A stretch of DNA of 64,000 nt. It comes from an uncultured Acidobacteriota bacterium. GTDB taxonomy: Bacteria; Acidobacteriota; Thermoanaerobaculia; Gp7-AA8. Location: NCBI GenBank assembly GCA_963822445.1, contig CAWGHO010000001.1:1248001-1312000 (forward strand). The letters are read 5' to 3'. Positions within the stretch are counted from its first letter, which is position 1. Each line of letters begins with the position of its first letter. Under the pieces are notes generated by a model, which saw only the letters and a program-made list of their open reading frames with translations, did not search any database and was not told the origin of the DNA. Below are positions 9,453 to 19,371 of this stretch, one piece after another. Position numbers and translations under genes: made by a program.

Positions 9453-10433
9453 ATGCAGGTGATGGCACTCCTTAACGAAGGACAAAACGCGACGTCCCTG
9501 CCGCCGCTGCCGAAGCGGTTCCGGCACCACGTGCTCTTTTCGTACGCCTCGGCGGACGCGGAGTACGTACGGGCCGTTCGCGCCGCCTTGCCCAAGGAAG
9601 TCGACGCGTTCGACTACGCGGAAGGGGGCATGTGGGGCGAACAGCTCGTGAAAGGGCTCGAGCACCGCTACAAGAATGAAGCGCCGTTCTGCGTCGTCTT
9701 CATTTCGAAGGCCTATCTCGCCAGTCCGTGGACGCAGAAAGAGCTCGGCATCGTCCAGCGCGTCGCCAAACGCAAGCCCGGATACATGTTGCCGGTCGTG
9801 CTCGACGGCACGATCGTCCCCGAGATCGAAGGGATCGTCTGGCTCGACAAGACCCTGACTCCCGAGCAGCTCGCGGCGCGTCTCGTCGCGAAAATTCGCG
9901 AGCCGCCGCCGAAGCCCTGGTGGTTTTACGTTTCCACCGAAGTCAAAGTCGCGATTGCGGCGGTGCTGCTCGCGCTGATCCTCTTCGCGCGTCCGGCGGT
10001 CAACTACTTCCGCCCCTCGCGCACGACGATCCGGTCGGTGAGCGCGAACGCGCAGGAAATCACCGCGCGCCTCGTGAACAGCGGCCCGAAGAGTTCCACC
10101 GTGGTCGGCCAGCGATTGAAGTTCGGTGCTCTGCCGATCGAGGACGCGGTGCTGCATCTCGACAAGAAGGCGTCCGCGACGATCGCCCCCGGCGGGCACG
10201 ACCTGAAGCTGAAAGCGCTGACGCTCCTGACCAAGTGCGACGCCAACGGCATCCTCCCGAACAACGACATGGTTGCGGCCCTCCTCGGTCAGCAACCCGT
10301 CACGCTTGAAGTCGATGTCCGGGAGTCCGACGACCCTCCCGGCCAGACGACGCGGAGGATCGCGACGATCCCTGCCGCGCGTCTCGAACCGTTCGTCAGA
10401 AGGTTGGCACCGAATGATCTCGATGATTGCTAA
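9453..10433 (+). CDS. TIR-domain protein with one TM helix and a predicted extracytoplasmic C-terminal domain
   Basis: VLFSYASAD...FCVVFISKAYLASPWTQKE (catalytic Glu position kept)...MLPVVLD; hydrophobic VAIAAVLLALILFA segment; beta-rich C-terminal region of about 140 aa. Confidence 0.85.
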   Translation: MQVMALLNEGQNATSLPPLPKRFRHHVLFSYASADAEYVRAVRAALPKEVDAFDYAEGGMWGEQLVKGLEHRYKNEAPFCVVFISKAYLASPWTQKELGIVQRVAKRKPGYMLPVVLDGTIVPEIEGIVWLDKTLTPEQLAARLVAKIREPPPKPWWFYVSTEVKVAIAAVLLALILFARPAVNYFRPSRTTIRSVSANAQEITARLVNSGPKSSTVVGQRLKFGALPIEDAVLHLDKKASATIAPGGHDLKLKALTLLTKCDANGILPNNDMVAALLGQQPVTLEVDVRESDDPPGQTTRRIATIPAARLEPFVRRLAPNDLDDC

Positions 10434-11175
10434 GGCCCTGGTTTGCGTTCTTCTCGCCGCGACCGCGGCACAAGCCCAGATCACCACGTCCCAGGTGAAT
10501 GTGTTCGTCAGGGGCAAGCGTTGCAGCGAACTGACGAACGTCTACCTCGTCATCAACGGCAAAGACCTCGACAGCGGCTGGGTCAAGCTCGAGCCGGCCG
10601 GGCCCTGCCGGTGGAAGGCCGACCTCGGCAGCGGCACGATCTCCACGAGCAACGCGCGCTTCAGCCTCCGCGGCGACTTCGCGCGCTCCGATTGCCAACG
10701 GGCCGCCCCGAACGAGGAGCAGCTCACCGCCAACCTCGAGTTTGCCTGCTGCGTCGAGGGGCCGCTCCGCAACGTGAGCGTGAAGATCGACCCTCCGATG
10801 CCGGTCAGTTACGTCCGCGACGTGCGGCCCTTCCCCGGCGCCCGGGTCCCCGGGATCAAATGCCTGGAAAGAGCGACCTTCAGTGAAGGACAAGGCTCGA
10901 TCGGCCATGCGCAGTTTTCCGGCGAAGACGTCTATCTCCATCTCGGCCCGTTCGACAGGAAACAGCCGATGCTCGGGCTGCTGCTCGATGACGTCGTCAA
11001 CGACGATGGTCCGCTGGTGCTAACGCGCGAAGGCGTGGTCTACCGGCTGGCCGTGCAGCGTGCGAAAGGAAAAGCGCGGAGCGCGCCGGCGGTGTCGTCG
11101 AACGCGATCCTGATCGACAGCAAGAAACTGGGCACGCTGAAGCTCGAGCGGGCCGAGATCGAGGTGATGAAATGA
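10414..11175 (+). CDS. Cys-rich secreted hypothetical protein
   Basis: Signal peptide MIAKALVCVLLAATAAQA-Q; six Cys in the mature region; start (10414 or 10423) overlaps the end of the TIR gene. Confidence 0.7.
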   Translation: MISMIAKALVCVLLAATAAQAQITTSQVNVFVRGKRCSELTNVYLVINGKDLDSGWVKLEPAGPCRWKADLGSGTISTSNARFSLRGDFARSDCQRAAPNEEQLTANLEFACCVEGPLRNVSVKIDPPMPVSYVRDVRPFPGARVPGIKCLERATFSEGQGSIGHAQFSGEDVYLHLGPFDRKQPMLGLLLDDVVNDDGPLVLTREGVVYRLAVQRAKGKARSAPAVSSNAILIDSKKLGTLKLERAEIEVMK

Positions 11176-12125
11176 CTCGTGCAGCCGCAATCCTCTTTGC
11201 TCTGGTCTTCGCCCTGACAGCCGCCGCGCAGGACCCGCTCTTCGGTCCGGATGACTCCGTCGATCCGCGCGCGACCGGCGGACGGCCGGTGTTCATCTCG
11301 CGGCTGGTCATCGGCGCCGCATCGAACATGAACGGCGACGGCTTCCGCCCCCTCGGCGAAAACGTCGGATACGTGCATCTCGCGACGAGTTTTTCCTGGC
11401 GGTCGGTGCAGTTCGATTACAAGCGGAGCCAGTTGAAGGCCGAAGATGGGGAGGCGGCGTTGTGGAACGTCAGCCAGGAGCGAGACCTGCTCATCTCTCC
11501 GCCACCACCGCAACAACCGCAGGAATCGCGGCTGATGCGCAACGCCACTCCGAAATCGAAAGACACGTTGAACGCGGCGGTTTACTGGCCGGTGCCGGTT
11601 GGCACGGGGATCCCGGTGATGCTTCGGTCACGGGTCACGTTCACGACGCAGCCGATCGATACGGAGGTCGTCGAGGACTCAGAGCTGCAACGCATGTCCG
11701 GCCGCGAGCGCACCTTCGCCATCGACACCGACACATGGTTTCGCGTCGCCGGTCTCAACGTATTCGGCTCACTCGCCGTCTCTGAAACGGAGACCACCGG
11801 CACACTTGCTGACCGCAAAGAGCGCGCACTCACCTACACCAATCGCTTTCCATCGCTCTCTCTCGATCGAGCAAAGATCCTGATCCGCCCGACTCTCACC
11901 GTCGGGGGCATCTCGAACCGCGGCGGCTCGGCGGTGAACCTCGTCAATCCGGCAATCGAGATCTTCCGGCCGTTCCTGCGCACCGGCGCAAACTTCCACC
12001 TCATCTACAGCCCGCAGTGGGTCAACGAAAACAATCCGCTCACTGAAATCGACGACGCGCGATGGGGGACCACGCATCAGGTCGCGATTTACCTCGACTA
12101 CCCGATCTTCGCGAAGATTTTCTAG
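11172..12125 (+). CDS. Secreted, probable outer-membrane beta-barrel hypothetical protein
   Basis: Signal peptide MTRAAAILFALVFALTAAA-Q; amphipathic beta-strand patterns; C-terminal Phe ([11 protein letters not shown]); ATGA-coupled to the upstream gene. Confidence 0.65.
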   Translation: MTRAAAILFALVFALTAAAQDPLFGPDDSVDPRATGGRPVFISRLVIGAASNMNGDGFRPLGENVGYVHLATSFSWRSVQFDYKRSQLKAEDGEAALWNVSQERDLLISPPPPQQPQESRLMRNATPKSKDTLNAAVYWPVPVGTGIPVMLRSRVTFTTQPIDTEVVEDSELQRMSGRERTFAIDTDTWFRVAGLNVFGSLAVSETETTGTLADRKERALTYTNRFPSLSLDRAKILIRPTLTVGGISNRGGSAVNLVNPAIEIFRPFLRTGANFHLIYSPQWVNENNPLTEIDDARWGTTHQVAIYLDYPIFAKIF

Positions 12126-14116
12126 AACACGGTTCCGAGGCCGATGCGGACGACCTCTCCGCCCCGGCGTTGAATCTGATCGACCATGTCCGCGGTGCCG
12201 CCCGGCCCGTCACCCTCTTTGCCGTTCCAGAGCGCGATGAGGGTCACGCGGCGGCTGCCGTTGGCGAGCGCGTTGTGCAGCATCCAGAGATTGTTGCGTT
12301 GCCAGACGCTGTAATCGGTGCGGTGCGCAAGCCACCGCGGCAGGTCCTCGGATGACTGCAGCACGCGGACGGGCGTCTTTTTCACGAGATCGTAAAACCT
12401 GCGCGTCCACTCAGGTCCGGCGGAGCTGACGGATCGCGTCGCGTACTCCTCCTCCGGAAGCGCGAGATAGACGGTCGTCGCGATTCCCCGCGCCTGACAT
12501 TCCTCATGGAAGAGGATGTCCCCTCCGCTCGCCGCGCCGGAAATTCCGATGACGTGATTGCCATGATGCGCAACGGCGCTGTCGATCGCGGCGCGTATCT
12601 CCTGTCGCGCGATGTCGACTTTGTCCGGAGGGAAACGGGGCGTCGCGCGATCCGGATCATCGACCCGATGTCCGGTGAACAGCAGCACATGCGGCGGATT
12701 CGGTCCGGATTGCGCTTCCGGCAATGTGTCGAGCGCCGCGCGTGCTGCCTCTTCGTAGATGCCGAGGCGGAGGAACATTTCCAGTTGTGCGCGTACGGCG
12801 CCGACCTGGAACGGCGAGATGCCGCGCACGAGGTTGTAGCGGCCCTTGACGCGACTGGCTGATTCGCCGCGATAGAACGACAGGTCCGCCTCGCTGATGT
12901 TCGCCCACAGATCCTGCGTGCCCGCGGCTTTGGCGAGCTCCTGTTCCGCATCGATCGAGGCCTGGACGGTCACGATCAGATCGGCGAGCCTTTTTTTACA
13001 CTGAGCCAGCTCGTGATCGGGATCATCGCTCTCGGAGCTGCCACGCCAGGTCTCCGAATCGGCGATCGCAAGTTGAGTAAGGATTACCAGCAGCCCGACG
13101 GCGTTGATGCCGGGAAAGTAGTTCGTGAGGTCGGTCCTGAATCCGGTCGAGTAGTGCTCGAAGGCCTGGCGCAGCCATCCCGATCCGAGTGCGCACCGGC
13201 GCGCCGCGTCGCGGTCTGCTTTCTCCGACCATTCCTTCAACCACTGGTTTTTTGCGTTGCGTCCTTTGAGCGCCAGCGCCTCGGCGCGTGCGCGGCGCGG
13301 AATGTCCGGCTGTGCGAGCACGCGATCGATGGCGATGTCCGAGTCGGCGAGACGGCCGAGTCGCTGATCGATGGTCGCCAGGAGGGTGTTGGTCTCGACG
13401 TCGTCCGCATCGAATCGGCGGACTGCTTCCCACGTCTCCTTCGCCGCTTCCATCGCCCGGAGTGCGAACTGCGCGCGGCCGATTGCCCGCAATCCCGTGC
13501 GCGCCCACGACACGCCCTCGATTTCCTCGGTGAGCAGCGCCAGATCGCCGGGAAGTTTTTCAGCCTTCGCGCGCTCGACCTCCGTGAGAAATGCCGGCGG
13601 CGCGGCGAGGAACGACTCCGCGTTCTGCTCGACCATGTCCGGCAGCAGGTTGAAAACGGGACTGTCGGTGACGCCTGCATGAATCGTCGCGTGAAGCGTC
13701 CGGACGAGATCGTCGACCGACGCCGCGGGGTTCTTGTCGTCGTAGGTGATGTAACGGTCGGTGAAGAGATCGAACACGACCTTGTCGCCGCCTTCCCGTC
13801 CGCGAATCATCACCGTCGCCGCGCGCCGCAACGCGTGGCGCAGACCGAGCTCGTAGAAGACGTTCGCGTTGTGAATGGAGACATCGGCGATGACGATGTC
13901 GGCAACCAGCAGCGCCTGGAACATGTCCGTGCGGATGTTGCCCGTGCGCAGGATCTCCATCGTCGTGCGTCCGTTGATGCCGAGGCGCTTCAGGGCGGGG
14001 TCGATCAACTCGGCCTCGACGCGGTCGAAATCGATTCCGCTCTTCGTTCCGAAGGGACGCACGATGAACGCGCGCCGGCTGCGCGTGTCCATGGTGGCCT
14101 GCGGGATGTCCGTCAT
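12122..14116 (-). CDS. Deoxyribohydrolase/nucleoside deoxyribosyltransferase-like domain + TPR (DUF4071/MAP3K TRAF-binding-like) + SLOG-like domain protein
   Basis: N-terminus: AFIVRPFG...DFDRV...[24 protein letters not shown]. Central TPR region: [16 protein letters not shown]-terminus: LFTGHRVD...PRFP...[13 protein letters not shown]...RNNLWM...[16 protein letters not shown]. Confidence 0.75.
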   Translation of the reverse strand: MTDIPQATMDTRSRRAFIVRPFGTKSGIDFDRVEAELIDPALKRLGINGRTTMEILRTGNIRTDMFQALLVADIVIADVSIHNANVFYELGLRHALRRAATVMIRGREGGDKVVFDLFTDRYITYDDKNPAASVDDLVRTLHATIHAGVTDSPVFNLLPDMVEQNAESFLAAPPAFLTEVERAKAEKLPGDLALLTEEIEGVSWARTGLRAIGRAQFALRAMEAAKETWEAVRRFDADDVETNTLLATIDQRLGRLADSDIAIDRVLAQPDIPRRARAEALALKGRNAKNQWLKEWSEKADRDAARRCALGSGWLRQAFEHYSTGFRTDLTNYFPGINAVGLLVILTQLAIADSETWRGSSESDDPDHELAQCKKRLADLIVTVQASIDAEQELAKAAGTQDLWANISEADLSFYRGESASRVKGRYNLVRGISPFQVGAVRAQLEMFLRLGIYEEAARAALDTLPEAQSGPNPPHVLLFTGHRVDDPDRATPRFPPDKVDIARQEIRAAIDSAVAHHGNHVIGISGAASGGDILFHEECQARGIATTVYLALPEEEYATRSVSSAGPEWTRRFYDLVKKTPVRVLQSSEDLPRWLAHRTDYSVWQRNNLWMLHNALANGSRRVTLIALWNGKEGDGPGGTADMVDQIQRRGGEVVRIGLGTVF

Positions 14117-15234
14117 ACGAATCGGTCGAAGTGGTGCGCTTTCACCTTCATCTTACCCACGGCCTGTCCGACCTGCTGCAGTTCCGGAATGGCACCGATC
14201 GAATCGAGCTGCTGGACGTTCTGCGGTTTGATGCGCGGGAGCTTCAGTTTGTCGAGACCTTCGCGCGTGAGCTCGGTGTTGTAACGCACGTACGTGAAGA
14301 GCTTTTCTTTCGTGGGACCTTTCTTGCCGATCATGTCGCCGACCTCGCGATCGAGCTCGTCGCCGGCCAGCGTGTCTCCGAACGCGCGGCAGAGGAAATC
14401 CTGTTCATTGAGCGCGGCGAACATCAACGCGGACGGAATCGACGACGCGTTGTAGAGGAGGTTCATCTGGCCCGGCTGCAGGTCGTTGTTTGCGCTCGCG
14501 GCGGTGCCGGTGCCGATCGAGACGATGAGCATCCTGTCGCGGCCCGTCTCCCAGCAGAGGTTGTACGACTCGACCGTGGCCATCAGGAAAAGCTGGAAGG
14601 CCGGGTTGTTGTACATGGTCATTCCGCCGTCGACGAAGATGAAGCGCTGTTTCCCGATGTCGACCGCCTCGGGCGGAAAGTACGTCGGCGCGGCCGTGCT
14701 GGCGCGGACGAGCTGCCAGAGCGGCAGATTGAGATTGCAGTCGTCGCGATCGGCGGCGCAGTACTTCGCGGCCGGGTTGTTGGACAGCGGCCACGGAGAG
14801 TCGGTCGTCGCGTTGCGCAGGACCATCATCAGAAGGGTGCGCAGCTTCGTGCTCCCGAGCGTGGTGTTCGCACCGATGACCTGCCGCAGCTTCTTCGCCA
14901 GCGGCTCGTTCTCGAACTTGTAGTGCAGCTTGCGCAGCAGTCCGGCCCGGTCGAACATGGCCGGTCCGCTGTCGATGTAGAACTTGCGGATGTCGTCCAC
15001 GCGCATGCCGAGGGAGAGACAGGTGGCGATGATCGCGCCGGTGCTCGTGCCGGCGATGTAGTCGAAGTAATCGGAGAGAACGAACGTGTCGTCGCGCTTC
15101 AGGCGCTTCTGCAGCAGCGCTTCGATGGTGGCGAGGATCTCGACGGTCATCATCCCGCGAATGCCGCCTCCGTCGAGCGCGAGAAGCTTGCGGTTCGGTC
15201 TCGGTTCCAGTTTGGATTTGAAGGATGTGGCCAT
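14113..15234 (-). CDS. Patatin-like phospholipase (cytoplasmic)
   Basis: DGGGIRG, GTSTG (catalytic Ser), [13 protein letters not shown] (catalytic Asp); no signal peptide; ATGA-coupled to the downstream gene. Confidence 0.92.
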   Translation of the reverse strand: MATSFKSKLEPRPNRKLLALDGGGIRGMMTVEILATIEALLQKRLKRDDTFVLSDYFDYIAGTSTGAIIATCLSLGMRVDDIRKFYIDSGPAMFDRAGLLRKLHYKFENEPLAKKLRQVIGANTTLGSTKLRTLLMMVLRNATTDSPWPLSNNPAAKYCAADRDDCNLNLPLWQLVRASTAAPTYFPPEAVDIGKQRFIFVDGGMTMYNNPAFQLFLMATVESYNLCWETGRDRMLIVSIGTGTAASANNDLQPGQMNLLYNASSIPSALMFAALNEQDFLCRAFGDTLAGDELDREVGDMIGKKGPTKEKLFTYVRYNTELTREGLDKLKLPRIKPQNVQQLDSIGAIPELQQVGQAVGKMKVKAHHFDRFV

Positions 15235-15280
15235 GCTCAGGGAGTGCCCGGGAGAGACGAGTTCCCTACCCTTGGCCGGT

Positions 15281-15904
15281 TCAACGGCTCATGCGAACGC
15301 CCACGTTCATGCGTCGATCGCGGTCCCACGCGGCGCCGTCGCCAGTGAGCGTCCGAAACTCGGCGAAGAGTGCCATCCGTCGCGTCACGAGTCCCGTCAC
15401 CGCGATTCCAAGATCGCCATTGATGCGTTCTTCGACATCAACCGCGAAAAAGGACCACGGCACGAGGTTTTGCGGTGTCAGATCCTCGACGGTGGGCTTC
15501 GCGACGTATCGAACACCGACTACTGTCGAAACGTCGACCCGCTCGGACAAGCGCCACGGAACGCGTGCGCCGAGGACCACGGCCGAACTGGAGATCTTCA
15601 TGCGGTGCGTGTCGAAGCAGGTATTCCGAACCGTGCCACAGAGCCTGCCGCCGGCGGTTACCGCGAGAACGTCCCGACGACGCTCGATCGCGACTTCCAG
15701 CGAGAAGCGCGGATGTACCGGCCACTCGAACGCCGCCCCGACAGCACCCTCCCACGAACGGATTTGCTCCCGGCCGTTAACGGAGGTTTGTTCCGTGGAG
15801 GGGTGAGTGATGCCGCTGCCGTACAAGGAGATCGTGGCCTTTCGCTGACCTTCTGCACGGCAGAGCGGCAGCAGCAAAAGCACCAGGAAAAGAACTTTCC
15901 TCAT
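15281..15904 (-). CDS. Outer-membrane beta-barrel protein (OmpW/OmpA-like)
   Basis: Signal peptide MRKVLFLVLLLLPLCRAEG; alternating beta-strand patterns (GAVGAAFEW, FSLEVAIE, VGVRYV, ALFAEFR). Confidence 0.6.
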   Translation of the reverse strand: MRKVLFLVLLLLPLCRAEGQRKATISLYGSGITHPSTEQTSVNGREQIRSWEGAVGAAFEWPVHPRFSLEVAIERRRDVLAVTAGGRLCGTVRNTCFDTHRMKISSSAVVLGARVPWRLSERVDVSTVVGVRYVAKPTVEDLTPQNLVPWSFFAVDVEERINGDLGIAVTGLVTRRMALFAEFRTLTGDGAAWDRDRRMNVGVRMSR

Positions 15905-15990
15905 GGTGGCTGAACAGATACGGCGTTGGGTGCACGGGTGTTGGCGGGGAGGCGTCACGGCGCCCGCGAGGTACAATCGCGCGAGTCATC

Positions 15991-16242
15991 ATGCCTGCAA
16001 CGCACACCACTGATCTGGAAACGGAGCTGCGTTACTTCGGCGAGCATCGATCCGATTTGTTGGAGACAGCGGCTGGTAAGTTTGCACTGGTCAAGGGTGA
16101 GACTCTGATCGGAACGTTCGACTCCGAAACGGAAGCAATACGGCATGGATATCAGACGCTCGGAAACGTCGCGTTTCTCGTCAAGCAAGTCACCGAAGCA
16201 GACATCCCGCTCAGCTTCACTTCTTTTAATCTCGGGGTGTAG
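15991..16242 (+). CDS. Small protein, DUF5678-like
   Basis: YF..HR..LL..AAGKFALVKGETLIGTFDSETEAIRHGY...FLVKQV pattern; directly abuts an aspartic protease gene. Confidence 0.65.
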   Translation: MPATHTTDLETELRYFGEHRSDLLETAAGKFALVKGETLIGTFDSETEAIRHGYQTLGNVAFLVKQVTEADIPLSFTSFNLGV

Positions 16243-16664
16243 TTGCCTTCCTTCGAGATTTCTCTTCCCGACCTGAAAACCTCAGGCCCGATCGTCCAGG
16301 GCTTCATCGGACCGTCTCGTGAGTTGATCAGTGCGCTGGGCGCCGATGCGGTTGCTGCGCCGATCCCTGTCTCGGCACTGGTCGATACAGGCGCGGCAGC
16401 CACGGTCATAACGCCCGAGACGGCGGCCTTGCTCCGGCTCCGCAGCGTTGGAGCCGTTTCAGTGCATACGCCCACGACGATCGAGCCGGTGCTTTGTCGG
16501 CAGTTCCACGTGAACGTGTATCTCTCGTCCAGTTTCGCAATCGAGAACGTCGTGAAGCACCGCTGACTGGTCAGTCATTCCAGTGTCTTGTCGGTCGTGA
16601 CGTTCTCAGTCGCGGCGTTTTCACGTACGACGGCATTCGCAGTCGTTTCAGTCTCACCTTCTGA
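16243..16664 (+). CDS. Retropepsin-like (clan AA) aspartic protease, frameshifted near 16553
   Basis: ALVDTGAAAT in the first frame (stop at 16566). The expected C-terminus, EAPLTGQSFQCLVGRDVLSRGVFTYDG...FSLTF*, continues in another frame to TGA 16662-16664. Confidence 0.8.
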
Positions 16665-16695
16665 AGTCCCCGCGGTCGGCGCGGGCTGATCCGAC

Positions 16696-19368
16696 CTACA
16701 AATCCGCCGGCGGATTCGTCCCGCTCGTCGCTGTCGTATCCGTATTCGTCGGCGGAGGCGGCTGGGTGCTGGTAGTCGTCGTGTTCGGGAGGGGCGGCTG
16801 CTGCACCGGCGGTTGCGTCGTCGTCGTGACCGGCGGCGGAACGGGGGCCGGATCCGTGCGGAACACGCCGCCGGTGAGTGTGGAATCAGGCGGTGTCGTC
16901 GAGTAGCCACTGGTGTCGGTCATCGCCGTGTCCGTCGTGATGATCAGATTGCCGAACTCGTCGTACATCGGCGTGGGAAACGCGGGAACGACCGCCGTGT
17001 GCAGCGTGCAGAGTTGTGCGGGCTCGGTTCCCGACTTGAACGCGTCGCGCGAGATCAGGCCCCGCGGGCAGTACGGGGACGCGAGTCCGCCGCTGGTCTT
17101 GTCGATCTCGGTGAAGACGATCCCCGGCGGCACGGCGAAGCCGACGTCGCGCTGACCCCCGGTGACGGCGACCATGTACCGCGCCCACATCGGCACGGCG
17201 GCATCGGATCCGGACAGACCGGTCGGATCGTTGTCGTCGTACCCCACCCAGGTCAAAGCGAGCGTCTGCGGCGTGAATCCGATGAACCACGAATCGCGCT
17301 TGTCGTTCGTCGTGCCGGTCTTGCCTGCCGCGGTCTTGCGGAACCCCATCGCCCGCGCGCTCGCCGCCGTGCCGCGATTCACGACGCCTTCCATCACGTG
17401 CGTGAGCAGATAAACGTCGCGCGCCGGAAAGACCTGCGCGGCCTCGGTTCGTTCCGCACCTTTGATCTCGCGTCCGCGATCGTCCGTCACGAACCGGATG
17501 GCCCGCGGCGCCAGCCGCGCACCCTGTCGCGCAATCGTCGAATACGCCTCGGCCATCTCGATCGCAGGCACGGCGACCGCGCCGAGCAGGATCGAGGGAT
17601 TGTCGTCGTCCATCTCCGTCTGCACGCCGAGGGTTCGCGCGGTCTTGAGAATCGGCTCGATGCCGCAGGCCAGACCGATGCGCACCGAGGCCGCATTGAG
17701 CGAGTGCTCGAGCGCGGTCCGCACGGTCACGTTGCCCATGTAGCGGCCCTCGTAATTCCGCGGTGACCAGTCCTCGGACCAGCGCCGCTTCAACACGAAT
17801 CGCGTGTCGCTGACGACCGTGGCCGGCGTGATGTTCTGATTCGAAAGACTCGGCTCGAACGCGGTCAGGTAGACGAACGGTTTGAACAGCGAGCCGATGC
17901 CCCGCTTCGCGTTCAGCGCGCGATTGAACTGGCTGCGATCGTAATTGCGGCCGCCGACCAGCGCCCGGATCTCGCCGGTGGGCACGTCGATGTGAATGAG
18001 ACTTCCTTCGAGACGCGGTGAGTGATTGCGGAGACGCCGGTTCCCCTTCTCCAGCGACGCGAGGCTCGACTCGACGACCCTCGCCGCCGCGTCCTGCGCA
18101 TCCAGATCGATTGCCGTGTAGATCCGCAGACCGCGGCCTTTCACGTCATCGATGCCGTAATCCTTCTCCAGTTCCTGGATCACGCGGTCGACGTAGAACG
18201 GCATCGAAGCGAGGCCGGTCTTGCGGCGGAAGGGCTTGGTCGGAATCTTCGCGGAGCGCGCCGTCTCGAACTGCGCCTGGGTGATCTTCTTTTCCTTCAG
18301 CATCGACTGCAGCACGGTGTTGCGGCGCTTCATCGCGATCTCGGGGTTCGCGAACGGCGAGTAGTTGTTCGGGCTGCGGATGATTCCCGCCAGCAACGCG
18401 GCCTCGGAGATCGAGATTTCCATCACCGGCTTGCCGAAATAGAAACGCGAGGCCTCGCCGACGCCGAGGATGGAGATGGAGCGGTTGCGGCCGAGGTAGA
18501 TGTCGTTGAGGTAGGCCTCGAGGATCTCGCGCTTCGAATAGCGCGCGTCGAGGATGACAGCCATGAAGGCTTCGATGATCTTCCGTTTGTACGTGCGCTC
18601 GCTGGTGAGGAAGTAGTTCTTCACGAGCTGCTGGGTGAGCGTCGACGCGCCTTCGGTGACGCCGCCCGCGCGCACGTTGCGGAAGACCGCGCGGAAGATG
18701 CCCCAGGGATCGACGCCGGGATGGCGCCAGAAGCGAACGTCCTCAGTCACGACCACCGCGTCCTGCAGATGCTGGGGAACCTGGGCCAGCGTAACCGGAC
18801 TGCGATTTTCGAGCTGCTCGCTGAGAACGGACGTCAGCAGCTCGGGCTCGAGCGCGGCCTTTTCGATCGGCCGCGGCTCGCGGAGGTTGGAGACGCTCTC
18901 GATCAACCCGCCGTCGACGGTGACGCGGATCTGCATCGGCGGGTAATCGCCGGTGGGATGGTTGAACTGGCGCGTGTAGATGTCGACGACGCCTTTTTCG
19001 GGATTCGTGTATTCGCCTTCAGCGGACAGACGCGGGACCTGGCGGTAACCAAGGCGATCGAGTTTCTCGAGCAGGTCATCGGTCCGCAGCGCGTTGCCCG
19101 CGGCGAGCGGCGTGTAGTCGGCGTAGATCCGCGTCGGCAGGCGGAGCTTGCGGACCTGAAAGCGGCCGACGGACTCGCGATAGACCCAGACGCCGAGGAG
19201 CAGCAGGATGCCGATCAGCGAGATCACCGTCCAGCTGATGATCCTGAATACCGTCCGGCGCGGCGGCATGCGACGCGTGCGCCTGGGTGAAGGCGTCGCC
19301 GGCGCCGGCGGCGCGGCCGAAACCTCAGGTTCCGGCGGCAGGTCGGGCGGCAGGGGCGGCTCGGTCAT
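16696..19368 (-). CDS. mrcB: Class A penicillin-binding protein (PBP1b-like transglycosylase/transpeptidase)
   Basis: TEDVRFWRHPGVD, GASTLTQQLVKN, RKIIE, SLFK (SxxK), SLN, KTGT; UB2H-like insert; Pro/Thr-rich tail. Confidence 0.88.
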   Translation of the reverse strand: MTEPPLPPDLPPEPEVSAAPPAPATPSPRRTRRMPPRRTVFRIISWTVISLIGILLLLGVWVYRESVGRFQVRKLRLPTRIYADYTPLAAGNALRTDDLLEKLDRLGYRQVPRLSAEGEYTNPEKGVVDIYTRQFNHPTGDYPPMQIRVTVDGGLIESVSNLREPRPIEKAALEPELLTSVLSEQLENRSPVTLAQVPQHLQDAVVVTEDVRFWRHPGVDPWGIFRAVFRNVRAGGVTEGASTLTQQLVKNYFLTSERTYKRKIIEAFMAVILDARYSKREILEAYLNDIYLGRNRSISILGVGEASRFYFGKPVMEISISEAALLAGIIRSPNNYSPFANPEIAMKRRNTVLQSMLKEKKITQAQFETARSAKIPTKPFRRKTGLASMPFYVDRVIQELEKDYGIDDVKGRGLRIYTAIDLDAQDAAARVVESSLASLEKGNRRLRNHSPRLEGSLIHIDVPTGEIRALVGGRNYDRSQFNRALNAKRGIGSLFKPFVYLTAFEPSLSNQNITPATVVSDTRFVLKRRWSEDWSPRNYEGRYMGNVTVRTALEHSLNAASVRIGLACGIEPILKTARTLGVQTEMDDDNPSILLGAVAVPAIEMAEAYSTIARQGARLAPRAIRFVTDDRGREIKGAERTEAAQVFPARDVYLLTHVMEGVVNRGTAASARAMGFRKTAAGKTGTTNDKRDSWFIGFTPQTLALTWVGYDDNDPTGLSGSDAAVPMWARYMVAVTGGQRDVGFAVPPGIVFTEIDKTSGGLASPYCPRGLISRDAFKSGTEPAQLCTLHTAVVPAFPTPMYDEFGNLIITTDTAMTDTSGYSTTPPDSTLTGGVFRTDPAPVPPPVTTTTQPPVQQPPLPNTTTTSTQPPPPTNTDTTATSGTNPPADL

Positions 19369-19371
19369 CGG

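Noticed and set aside
8608-10517. Long N-terminal extensions of ORFs 5782..9249 and 8598..10517
   Set aside because: They are out-of-frame or antisense read-through over wzm and the TIR gene; recognisable domains start at 8607 and 9383.
12122-15234. Canonical CBASS or Thoeris assignment
   Set aside because: No CD-NTase, SIR2 or Macro-domain gene is present; only component-level similarity is supported.
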